64,000 nucleotides of DNA from Octopus bimaculoides (Eukaryota): positions 32,458,610 through 32,522,609 of the forward strand of contig NC_068987.1 of the NCBI RefSeq assembly GCF_001194135.2, read 5' to 3'. A program made the position numbers and the translations under genes. This document shows positions 52,770 to 64,000 of this stretch, piece by piece. The notes beneath the pieces were generated by a model. That model made no database searches. It worked only from the letters and a program-made list of their open reading frames with translations, and was not told the origin of the DNA. Within the stretch, counting starts at the first letter, position 1, and each line of letters starts with the position of its first letter.

Positions 52770-54275
52770 ACAGAATGTACTGTCTCCGCTTTTCTTTCAA
52801 ACATTTTGGAGAGAACTTTTTGACGAAATGTAGTTCCTCTGCTTTTCGGTATCGCGGATTGTCCTGTGCACATTTGTAAAAGGGAAAAATATTGAATTTT
52901 CTGTCGCTGCATATTTCCAGATGCTTACTTAATGGAATCTTTCGTAATTCCCCTTGTCAGATATGTTGCCTGTAGATTCCTGCACGTTGGCAAAGGGAAT
53001 TATTTGTTTCGCCAATGTAATTCTCTTTGCAATTCGGGCAGGTAATGCAGTATGGGAGGTTTTGCGTTTTGCAGTTCATATCTCCATTTATTTTGAAAAG
53101 GGATCTGCTCCTAAATTTTATGTGGGAACCACTTTCCAAGTATTTGAAGTTGTTGATGTTGCTGCATGTTCCACATCTATCTCCACATTCGTTTACAAAG
53201 AATTCTGATTCAATCTCTGATTTGAATTCTGCCCTTGTAAGGTGTTTTTAAAGATTTTTTGGTTGGTGTCTGCTATTCCGTAAGGTGTTTTTTTTTTCCA
53301 ATCAGATTTTTCATTTCAGGGCTTTGTAGAGTATAGGTAAGTTCGATTTTATGGCGTGAAAGATGTTGGTTATTCCAGGACTGTGTGTGTGTTAACGAAT
53401 GGAATCGTGTTTTCATTAGCTTTTTCCTTACGTGTCCGTAGTTGGGTGATGTTCAGTTTCATCGCTTTTTTAATTCCCCCATTAATTAATCCTAAGGGGT
53501 ATTTCTGCATTGTGAGGAAGCCTTTGAGTTCGTTGAGTCGGATTTCACGTATTTTGAGGTCAGTCAATATAGCCCAGATGCATCTTGCCATGTTGTATGG
53601 GATGTTTCTTTTGATGTGTGATGGATGGCAAGAGTAGAAATTTAAATATTGGTGTGTGTCAGTTTTTATTTTTTTTGTAAAATATGTCTGTTGTAACTGT
53701 GGAGTTCTGTATTTTTATGTGGATATCCAGAAATGGTAATTCATTGCAATTGGATTCTGTCGTGAATCTGATGGATGGGTGAAATGTGTTCAATATATTG
53801 TCAAATATACTTAGATCTTCATTCGATCTGTCCCAGAAGATGAAGCAATCATCAAGGAAGCCTTTTCACTTTTTGATGATATATTTCTTGTACTCCTGAT
53901 AAAAAGTTTTTTCTACTTCCTCATAAAATTTTTCTTACAAGTATCCCATAACTAAGTTTGCATATGAGGGCCCTTTTTTCTGTCGATATGTTTTATTGTC
54001 GAATCTAAAGGTATTTTCTTCTAGTACTGACTTGATGATGAAGTCAGTCTTGAAGCGTTGATTTATCCGTCCTCTATATTTCTTTACCCAGTGTTTGATT
54101 GCTTCTAGGCCTAAAGTGTGAGGTATATTAGTATAGAGATTGGTGACATCAACACTTGTAAGTATAGTACCTTCTGCGACAGTGGGAGGGATGTGTTGGC
54201 TGGAACCTATGCCATCCCGTACATAACTGGGTATTAAAGGGCACAAAGGTTTTAAGAGTATATCTAAAAATGAAT
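52770..54275 (-). mobile_element. Penelope-like element, 5'-truncated (RT + GIY-YIG), frameshifted
   Basis: SVDVTNLYTNIPHTLG...FRFDNKTYRQKKG..SYANLVMGY; FLDDCFIFW; ELPFLDI; MNCKTQNLPYCITCPNCKENYIGET...HI (GIY-YIG with a CxxC insert). Confidence 0.9.
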
Positions 54276-54337
54276 ATCTGCACACACACATATGTATATT
54301 TGAATATTTAGGTGAATATCTACACATATATATATGA

Positions 54338-54722
54338 ATATTTCAAGGTTCATCCAAGGCTGGGACCACGAGCCATACGTCCCCTGCCCAATTCAGAATC
54401 ACAACGTATAGGTACACTGCGGCATAATTTCTTTTCCTCAACAGGTCCTGCCCTGTTTAACATTGTCCCGAAACAGATAAAAGAGGAAACAGATCCTATC
54501 AGCTTTAAACGGAGTCTAGACAGCTTTCTTCAAAGAGTACCAGACAAGCCACCCATACATGGATAAAACTCACTCAATAAGAACTCACTACTTGAATGGA
54601 CCATAGAAAAACTTGACTGTAAAAAAGGATTTAGATAATCCTATAAGGTGGTGCTATTAAGTTAGACATGGCCTGGACCAATCTTTGGTCGAAACATATC
54701 TAAGTTTATCTAAGTTTATATA
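54338..54722 (+). mobile_element. CR1-group LINE 3' end
   Basis: HNFFSSTGPALFNIVPKQIKEE..SFKRSLDSFLQRVPDKP..G*NSLNKNSLLEW. A 3' stem-loop GACCA/TGGTC and a (CTAAGTTTAT)2 tail follow. Confidence 0.7.
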
Positions 54723-55794
54723 TANNNNNNNNNNNNNNNNNNNNNNNNNNNNNNNNNNNNNNNNNNNNNNNNNNNNNNNNNNNNNNNNNNNNNNNNNNNN
54801 NNNNNNNNNNATATATATATATATATATAGTGTACGTTTTTGTATGTATATGTATGTCTTAATCAGCGCGCTTATGTGTGATCTCAAGCGTGAATATGAT
54901 TGTGCTTGTGCTTCTGTAGGTTTTCACTTAGGCACATATGTATTTCTATCTCTACATGTCTTTCAATCACAGGCCTTACCTCTGCAGTGTTTTGCATATC
55001 TTTACATTTCTATCCATATCTTGCAGTAGTGATATCTTAATTGGCTGTCTTTCCTGGTTTGTATAGCCCTGTTACACAAGATTAATAGCAAGGCAATTAA
55101 TATCGTCTCCATGTCTCTATAATCACCGCCATCAATCAAATATTATATGTATATGTGTGTGTGTACATGCTTATGAAGGCATTGTGATGCATATATATAT
55201 ATGTGTGTGTATACATGCTTGAATAGACATGTATACACACACATATTGATATTGCGTCCAATAACACAAGTATACTATATTTCTTATCATACAAACAGTT
55301 ACTTTTTGTTATTAATTACTCATTTTCACCGTCGTCGTCATCACCTCGTCGCTGTCGTCGTCATCGCTGCCGTTCTCGTCGTCGTCGTCGTCGTCGTCAT
55401 CATCATCATTTCTGTCATTACTCCACCATCTTTCCTAACATCCACCCACGAGTGAATCAACGTAATCCTCCATCTTTCAATCTGTCACCACGGATTACCG
55501 TAAAACATATGGTTGTTGTTATTCATGTTGTACTCTTTTAATGGTAATACTAAAGTAGTTGAAGCAGCTGCTGTAATGGAGGTAGATTTAGTAGTATTAA
55601 TAGTAGTGATGGTGATGGTGGTGTTGGTGGTGATGAAGATGATGACGGTGGTGGAGTTGGCAGTAATGGATGCAGGATTATGATGGTGATGCTGACTCTA
55701 GCTAAATATTACAAATAATAAATATATCACACTCAAGCGTTAGCAGCAATAGCAATAGCAACAGCTGTGACGCAACTACTATAGCAGCATTGGG

Positions 55795-56170
55795 AGTGTG
55801 GCAAAAGTGGTTTGACGCATCTGTTCCGATACTATAAAACAGTCCAAGTTCAAATCTAGACGAAGTCAACTTTGCCTTTCAACTCAGCAGGGTCAATCAA
55901 ATAAAGTTTCAATCCACATACTGATATCGATTTCATAATCTAACCAAGTCAACTCAAATTTCCTGTCAGGTAATAAAGTTGGAATCAAAAGAGAACGAGA
56001 ACGGTGGAGTTATAGAATCGTTAGCGGATTGGACAACTGCTTTGTGGTATGTGTTCCGACACTTTGTGTTTCGAGTTCAAACCGTACCGAGGTCAAATTT
56101 GCCTATCATCCTGTCGAGTTCGTAAAATAAGGTGTCAATCAAGTACTGGTTTGGTGTTAACGAACGATTC
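55795..56170 (+). mobile_element. Two old SINE B-related copies in tandem
   Basis: CAAGTTCAAATCTAGACGAAGTCAACTTTGCCTTTCA and GAATCGTTAGC...GAGTTCAAACCGTACCGAGGTCAAATTTGCCTATCATCC. Confidence 0.45.
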
Positions 56171-56462
56171 TTTTTCTCTCGTTCTCTTCAAAATTTCTGA
56201 CCTAATACATCAATTCGAAACAATAATTCGCTAAAGCTGTATGAGAATGGGGTGTTTGCAATGAGTGGCTTGCTCTATACATAGTTTTCATCAGTCAGTT
56301 CTGAGTTAGGAGAAGTAATTTGTATTGTTGGAGTAACTTTGAGTGTATATGTATGAGAAATTAGATGCATATATATATGTGTGAATATTTATATGCACTC
56401 AAATTTTGCGTATGCTTTTCTGAGACTATGTATAGATATTTTCATTTATTTCGCCCAATGTA

Positions 56463-56516
56463 TTTTGCTGATGAAGGAAAGTTACTAAACTAATTCAGAA
56501 ATTGATCAATCCCAAA
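56463..56516 (+). ncRNA. Candidate type I hammerhead ribozyme with canonical CUGAUGA/GAAA core
   Basis: UUUUG-CUGAUGA(56468-74)-stem II region-GAA-AUUGAUCAAU (perfect palindrome 56501-10)-C-CCAAA. AUC triplet; stem I pairs at 4/5; the base of stem II is imperfect. Confidence 0.55.
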
Positions 56517-56774
56517 CTATCTAAATTATTTTATGAATTTTTAGCCAATCTGTTTTCCTGGTTTCAATCTGTGTCATTATTTGTGGAGTGAATATCTGAA
56601 GTGGAAGGACATATTCGGCGTGTTCTTTCAGCATATTGGCATAATAGTTTTTGTACCCTTAAGTATAATTGTATAGGGTACAATGTATTTTACCTAAAGG
56701 TTTTTTATATGCTGGTCACTGATGAAACCCATTAATTTTAATGATTCTATCCTCTAATTATATTATATATATCG

Positions 56775-57072
56775 TGGCATTCCGTCGGTTACGACGACGA
56801 GGGTTCCAGTTGATCCGATCAACGGAACAGCCTGCTCGTGAAATTAACGTGCAAGTGGCTGAGCACTCCACAGACACGTGTACCCTTAACGTAGTTCTCT
56901 GGGAGAATCAGCGTGACACAGACTGTGACAAGGCTGGCCCTTTGAAATACAGGTACCACAGAAACAGGAAGAAAGAGTGAGAGAAAGTTGTAGGGAAAGA
57001 GTACAGCAGGATTTTCTCCCTCCATCCTCCTGCCTGAGCTACGTGGAGCTTTAGGTGTTTTCGCTCAATAAA
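56775..57072 (-). mobile_element. SINE family C (head lost in the gap)
   Basis: Reverse complement of the 51450-51724 body and tail. Confidence 0.85.
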
Positions 57073-57626
57073 NNNNNNNNNNNNNNNNNNNNNNNNNNNN
57101 NNNNNNNNNNNNNNNNNNNNNNNNNNNNNNNNNNNNNNNNNNNNNNNNNNNNNNNNNNNNNNNNNNNNNNNNNNNNNNNNNNNNNNNNNNNNNNNNNNNN
57201 NNNNNNNNNNNNNNNNNNNNNNNNNNNNNNNNNNNNNNNNNNNNNNNNNNNNNNNNNNNNNNNNNNNNNNNNNNNNNNNNNNNNNNNNNNNNNNNNNNNN
57301 NNNNNNNNNNNNNNNNNNNNNNNNNNNNNNNNNNNNNNNNNNNNNNNNNNNNNNNNNNNNNNNNNNNNNNNNNNNNNNNNNNNNNNNNNNNNNNNNNNNN
57401 NNNNNNNNNNNNNNNNNNNNNNNNNNNNNNNNNNNNNNNNNNNNNNNNNNNNNNNNNNNNNNNNNNNNNNNNNNNNNNNNNNNNNNNNNNNNNNNNNNNN
57501 NNNNNNNNNNNNNNNNNNNNNNNNNNNNNNNNNNNNNNNNNNNNNNNNNNNNNNNNNNNNNNNNNNNNNNNNNNNNNNNNNNNNNNNNNNNNNNNNNNNN
57601 NNNNNNNNNNNNNNNNNNNNNNNNNN

Positions 57627-57669
<43 letters not shown>

Positions 57670-58097
57670 GTATATATATATTTATAACAATGAGGTACAA
57701 GGTGGTCACGTGCATTTCAGCCCTGCACTCTAACAAACTGTACTATCTGCGACTCTGATATGTGCTTATGTACGTGCGTGGTTTACCAACATGAGTCAGT
57801 GTCTCCTGTGACACCATCTAGCAGATGGAGAACTACCTACAACAGCAGCCGAAATGTGTTCACACCAACACTCGGACTTACGTTGGCGTACTACACATGG
57901 TGAGTAGCTTATAGCAAGAACTGAGTGTTTTTTTGTCTGTTTACGCCAATGCATGGGCCGTCGATTACACCTACCTTTGGAGAGCGACTGTTGCTGTTAC
58001 ATAAATGCTGTAAAATTTGAATGGATTAACATATATGCATGTACACAAACACACGCAAACACAACACAAGCACTGGCATGCATATACACACATATAT

Positions 58098-58222
<125 letters not shown>

Positions 58223-58809
58223 CACACACAAATGTACTTACATATAGCATAAAACATACAGAATACCAAGACGAGAATACATAATTTCTTAATTCGACAG
58301 TTGTTTCATGAACATGGGCGTTACGTAATAAATTTAATATTCGTAATTTGCAGATAGAATATTCGAAAAGTTTTGGGTATGGACCTAGTAAACAGCCGCA
58401 CGAAGATATTACGATAAATCCAGCTCCCCTCATCGAGAGAAAGTTTGTAAAAGCAGTTCATATAGTAATGCCAGTGATTTAAATAGTCGAAAGGAGAGAG
58501 AAGGAATAATAAGAACAAGAGGCAAGGAGAGAGAGAGTGTGGGGAATATATGCTACGTAGGAAGAAGGAAGAGAGATAGAAAAGCAGAAATAACAGGCTG
58601 GGTGAGGGAGAAGGATTTCAATGACGTAGGGGAAACGAATAGAGGTAGAATAGATGAAACAAAGAGGCAGGGACAAGATAAAGTTAAGACCACTGTGGTG
58701 AAGGTGAATGCCAATGTGGTTAAATGAATCTCACTAAACAGGTATTAAATCAGTTAGGGATCGTAGCTGTTCAGAGAAATAGCAAGAGAGAAGCAAAATG
58801 TTTGATGCA

Positions 58810-59370
58810 GAAGTCAGGTTAATGATGCTTCAAGGTGAAGTAGGTGTGGCTTAGATGTATAGGGTTCTGTTCGATCAAGTAATCCGAGTTGCGCAATCAG
58901 CTTACCGTAGAGGTTATTAATATTCTTAAGAGTATTCGTATAATTTCCACCAAGATCTTTACATATGAAATTAGTACATATATCAATCGAGAGGGTGTGC
59001 AAGTCTCGGGTTTTGTCGAAAAAGCATGAAGATGTGGAGAGTTTTTAGTTTAGAGATAATTTTGGAGAGGTTCTCATCGAATGGGTCCGTCTTATTAGAG
59101 AATTTAATGTTACTAATCATTTGAAGAAGATCCTTTTCGAAATTACCCAGTGTAAGATTACGAGGCGTATTTTTAAAAGTTTTTATGTTATAGTAGCCCT
59201 TTTATAAGTTTTTAATTTATATTGGCCATCTTACTTGGAAGAGTGAGAGGTATTAGATTTGTTGTCATACAGCAGAGTTCGCCATCTCATCCCTTCAAGG
59301 AGGTCATTAGTCTTCTGTAATAATAGTTTTATGTAAAGATCCCTTGGTGGAATCGGAATAGATACATATA
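58810..59370 (-). mobile_element. Penelope-like element, N-terminal ORF fragment
   Basis: SIPIPPRDLYIKLLLQKTNDLLEGMRWRTLLY; LGNFEKDLLQMISNIKF; FDKTRDLHTL; LGLLDRTEPY. These match the recalled PLE N-terminal motifs NIPIP...RMRWKA, FE.DL..LI.NI.F and ADKT.NLY. Confidence 0.65.
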
Positions 59371-59528
59371 AACATGAACATGCATACATACATACATGCA
59401 CATACTTACGTACACACATGCATACATACATACATACATACATACATACATACACACACGAAGACTCAAATTAAATATGTAAATTTATATATTTTCATGC
59501 TTATTTGCTTTGTATCACCAAGCCTCTG

Positions 59529-59593
<65 letters not shown>

Positions 59594-60964
59594 ATTCCTG
59601 GATGTATGCTTGCGTGTGTGTACGTATGTATATACATATGTGCGCATATGTGTGTCCATATATGTAACTTTATATGTATATAGACACACATGCACACATA
59701 CGTATATACATACGTACACACACACACACATACTCACAGATAACTAAAATGCGTATAACGCCTAATTAGTTTGTACAGATGACACTCGGTCATATCAAAA
59801 CTGATCAGTTTATAAGTGTTGAGAGACTAAATTTGCTGTGAAAGTGAAATGAAATATTAAGAAATTTAAAGAAATTATATATTAAGTGCTATGTATTTAA
59901 TTAATATTGAAAGAGACAACTTTCCTAATGTAGCCTGGCGCTCTTGCAAAGAAAGTGAACAACTAGCACGGAATGAGCATTCACTTCAATAGATATCATC
60001 ACAAAATATCTGTGAACTTCTTCATGTAATGCGTATTGATATTTGTGACGAGCACGCTAAACCTGTAGAATTTGTTCGATGAACGGCAAACATAGAAAAC
60101 ACGACGGCATAAGTCGTCTATGTTGCACACACAGAGTCACGTAGATTGTTTGTAATGAAAATGTTCTCATTAAGTCTAGCTCCACAGAGTAGCGATCTGT
60201 TACCAAAGTCATCCAAAGGTATATTTTATAAAATTTCCAAGACTGTTCGTCAAAGCAAATTCACCTTCCTGTCAATCTTTTCTGAAACAGAAGAATCATA
60301 TTCTTTAATCAAATATATTTGTCGATCGTTTGTATCTATATTTATAAACGTTAACATTTGCATTTCATTTCTTTCCAAAAACATAATTATGTGTAATATA
60401 CTGATGAGATAATTCACATCAAAACAGCGCTTTATATAAATATTGAGGAAGTAAATATCGTAGTTGAAATGAAATTATATTAAATATGAAATGAAAACTT
60501 TATTTAAATTCCATAAGTAAAAGCATGCATGCATGCATACCTACCTACCTACCTACCTACCGCCCCCCCCACATGAACTCCAAATTGGTTTGAGAGCAGG
60601 GAATAAAGGGATCCGTTAACAAATACTGCAATAAGCGATCTGAGATATTACTGGCGAGAAATAGGTGTAACTTATAAGTAGGAATATTTGACGAGATATT
60701 TTCAACACACACACCAAGGCTTTGCTGCTGTCTAGAGTAGCAACATTTCTTCCCATGAACCTCTCTAAAGCAAACCTCTCTCAGTGGTTAATGACATAAG
60801 TGAATAGATTTCCAGCGGATCTGGTTCTGCAGAAGAGGTAATGGTCATCTCCTGTGATGATGATTATGATAATGATGATGATGATGATGTTGATGATAAT
60901 CCTTTATACTATAGGCCCAAAGCCAGAAATTTATGGGGAGGAGACTAGTCGATTACATCGGCTG

Positions 60965-61497
60965 TGCAAAAAGTGGAGGCTAGAGAGGCTAGTATGAGCA
61001 CAGACCACAGAGAGTGACGGAGTCGGAGACTAGCAAAATCCTCTAGGATTTCTTAATCCAAACAGATCAAGTGCAAGAGCATAACAGTCCGGACCTAGTG
61101 GTGATGGACAAGGGCTACCACATATGCTATATAGTTGATATTGCATTCCCCTTTGACCCACAAATAGTCAAGAACGAAGGTTAAAAGATTGATAGATACA
61201 ACCCTCTTATGTACGAAATAACTCGACTATGGAAAATGAAGAAGGTGAAGATAGTACCAGTTAGTGTTGGGTCTCTGGGAAGAGTATCAAAAGGCATCAA
61301 GAGGAATATAAGGGAAATTGGAATAGGGTGCCTGGTAGAACTGTTACAAAAGGCTTGCCTCCTTGGTACGGTCACAACAATCAGGAATGTATTAGATAGG
61401 TGAGAAGAAAGAAAAGCATGGTATCGAAGGCTGCAGGTAGTCAGACCACTACGCATGCAAGACGACAGGAGCTCCTACAAAACCTGTGAAAATGAGA
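60965..61497 (+). mobile_element. Degenerate Dong/R4-clade LINE 3' end (RLE + UTR)
   Basis: HNSPDLVVMDK...IVDIAFPFD...YEITRLWKMKKVKIVPVSVGSLG...LLQKACLLGTVTTIRNVL*, followed by AATAATAATGATAAT. Confidence 0.8.
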
Positions 61498-61509
61498 AAA
61501 TAATAATGA

Positions 61510-61714
61510 TAATCCATTCTACTAAAGGCACAAGGCCTGAAATTTTGGGGAGGAGACTAATTGACTTAATGGCCCCTTGGTACTTAATTTATCGACCCCG
61601 AAAGGATGAAAGGCAAAGTCAATCACGGCGGAATTAGAAGTCAGAACGTAGTGATAGACGAAATTCCGCCAAACATTTTGCCAGGCGTGCTAACGAATCT
61701 GCTAGCTTGCCGCC

Positions 61715-61717
<3 letters not shown>
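61510..61717 (-). mobile_element. SINE family B
   Basis: AGGCACAAGGCCTGAAATTTTGGGG...TTTATCGACCCCGAAAGGATGAAAGGCAAAGTC...GTGCTAACGAATCTGCTAGCTTGCCGCCTTA. Confidence 0.8.
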
Positions 61718-61781
<64 letters not shown>

Positions 61782-61799
61782 TAATAATATATAATGTTA

Positions 61800-63335
61800 C
61801 GCTTAGTCAAATCTTAAGAAATAAGGGGAATGGCCTCACTGATGAAGTTGTAACTGCTCAATTAGGCATAAGGATGAGACAGATAAGGATGAGACAGAAA
61901 AGGACAGACCATGTCAATAGACCTCCTAAGTGGAAAGTAGCAATACAAAAAGAGATCGAATTTTTGCCGGCAGATGTATCGGTTCTCGATGAACTTGCTT
62001 GGGAGTAAATGTTAAGACGAAACGAGCAAGAAAAATCAAGCAAAAATATAAGATCAAAGATTTTATAAACCACCCTGCAATTGAAAAACTAGTGAAACAA
62101 CGAATACAAGTGAAAGCCCAAAGGCTCAGAATGAATGACAAAAGAATAAACTTTTATCGATAAGACAAGCTAAGCTATTCAAGATGGATGCAAAAAGTTT
62201 TATAGGAAAATTGGCAAAAGTAAGATAGAAGTAAAAGAGCCACCTAAGACTGAAGAAATGGAAGAGTGCTGGAAGAAGATATGGACTCCTATAACAACTG
62301 AAGTAGTCACCCAGGAACTACAAAATCTAAGCAACCGGAAGGCACCCGGGCACGATAAGATCCCCAATTTCTAGTGACAATACCTAAGAGAAACATAAAA
62401 AAATTGTCAGAAATTTAATCGAATACTAGTAGAGCCAGAGACAATGCCTGAACATCTCACGGAAAAGAAAACTATCCTAATTCCCAAACCCATTGAAACG
62501 ACAAACCCACAAAATTACGGACCGATAGCTTGTCTCCTTACAATTTACAAAGCCTTTACTGCAATAATATTGCAAAGGATGGGAAAACATCTGGAAGAAA
62601 ACAACGTCTCCAGAAGAGGAGAAGGGATGCTCCTACGGCTGTAAAGACCAGCTAATGATTAATAAAGCGATAACTGAAGACAGCAACAGAAAGAAGGGTC
62701 TAAGTATGGCCTGGATCGATTGCCGAAAGGTTTTTGACAATATTTTTCGCACATGGATCCTAGAAAACTAACCATGGACAAGATAGCACCTATAATCATA
62801 AAATATATAACATATAAATAAATAGATATAACATATAAATATAAATAAATAAGTGCTACAACTCCAGACAAAAGAAGGATTCATAAAAATCAAAGCCATC
62901 CCCATTAGAAGAGGAATATCCGAAGGACACACTATCTCTCTACTCCTTTTCTGCTCCACACTGACACCTTTTTCCTGATATGCTAAACAAAACTGGATGC
63001 AACTGTTACGGCAAAACGATCTAAAACTGTACTACAAATGATAAACAGCTGGAAACATTGCTAAAGACAGTACATGGATTTACCAAAGATATAAGCATGA
63101 AATTTGGCCTAGAAAAATGTGCCAAAGCAACCTTGAAAAGGAGAAATATAGTTAATAGTAGCAACATTACACTAGATAAAGAAAATGAAGTAAGAGAATT
63201 AAACCAAAGCGAGACATACAAATACTTAGGAATCAATGAACTAGATACAATATAACACATACAAATGAAAGTGAAGATAAGAAAAGAGTACTGTAGACGA
63301 GTTATATAAATACTGAAAACAGCTTAATGCGAAAC
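61800..63335 (+). mobile_element. Degenerate Dong/R4-clade LINE, RT region
   Basis: KAPGHDKIPNF; TILIPKP...PQNYGPIACLLTIYKAFT; KDQLMINK; MAWID.RK.FD; KDISMKFGLEKCAKA; ETYKYLGINE. Preceded by (AAT)n at 61717-61790. Confidence 0.85.
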
Positions 63336-63421
63336 AACAACAACAACAACACCAACAACAACAACAATAATAATAATAATAATGATGATGATGATGAAGA
63401 TGATGATGATGATGATGATGA

Positions 63422-63770
63422 TGCTGGATCATAGATATAGCATACCCAGCTGACAACAAGGTATGCGATAAGGAAGAAAGAAAAGTCGATAGATATGACA
63501 GGTTAGCTTGGGAGGTTAAGCAGTTGTGGTCGAGGAAAAAGGTGGTAGTAGTACCAATAATTGTTGGAGCCCTGGAAGCAGTGTGTAAAAATCTTCAGAG
63601 GTACGTGGAACAAATAGGGGCTGCAATAAGGGTGGAGCGCTTGCAAAAAACATCACTGCTTGGAACCGCTCGAATACTCCGGATGGTATGCGAAAAATAC
63701 CTTAGTTCAGTGGTAGTGAAAACTGAAACCGTAGTACATCTCCAGTGTTAGAAGCTGTGAAAAGACAATA
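63422..63770 (+). mobile_element. Dong/R4-clade LINE 3' end, further subfamily
   Basis: CWIIDIAYPADNKV...YDRLAWEVKQLWSRKKVVVVPIIVGALEAV...LQKTSLLGTARILRMV, followed by (TAA)n at 63770-63830. Confidence 0.85.
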
Positions 63771-63829
<59 letters not shown>

Positions 63830-63832
<3 letters not shown>

Positions 63833-64000
63833 GAAAAATGGCATGGAAAACCTCTCAATGGCAAATACCCAAAGAGAGCGAATAATGCAGATATTGACAA
63901 AGCCCTTACCCACCAATGGTTAATGGCCTCTGGATTGAAATCAGAAACAGAGGGGTTTATCATAGCAGCCCAAGATCAATGCCTACCTACAAAGAACTAC
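63830..64000 (+). mobile_element. 5'-truncated Dong/R4-clade LINE starting at a (TAA)n tract and running off the window
   Basis: KEKWHGKPLNGKYP...THQWLMASGLKSETEGFIIAAQDQCLPTKNY, the ETEGF.IAAQDQ motif just upstream of the CCHC knuckle. Confidence 0.85.

Overview
This is eukaryotic, AT-rich draft-assembly DNA with about 15 N gaps and very dense di-, tri- and tetranucleotide microsatellites. The repeat content points to an octopus (coleoid cephalopod) scaffold, an inference from recall that I could not check by search. I found no confidently assignable host gene, so the window looks intronic or intergenic; most ORF-track entries are artefacts of microsatellites or N runs. Class I elements: at least 7 Dong/R4-clade (RLE) LINE fragments, most bordered by (TAA)n, plus RTE, Tx1/L1-like and CR1-like LINE remnants, four Penelope-like fragments from two lineages, and many tRNA-derived SINEs (my labels A, B, C, V-like). 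Class II elements: mariner, DD37D/maT-like and MITE remnants. The most interesting observations are: (1) small type I hammerhead ribozyme-like motifs with palindromic stem III, including a C3-C4 core variant found twice downstream of Penelope ORFs; (2) a three-finger C2H2 array at what looks like an RTE 3' end, sitting in a SINE microsatellite; (3) four cases of Dong-like LINEs lying tail-to-tail in the (ATT)n tails of other retroelements; (4) a perfect 22-bp hairpin.
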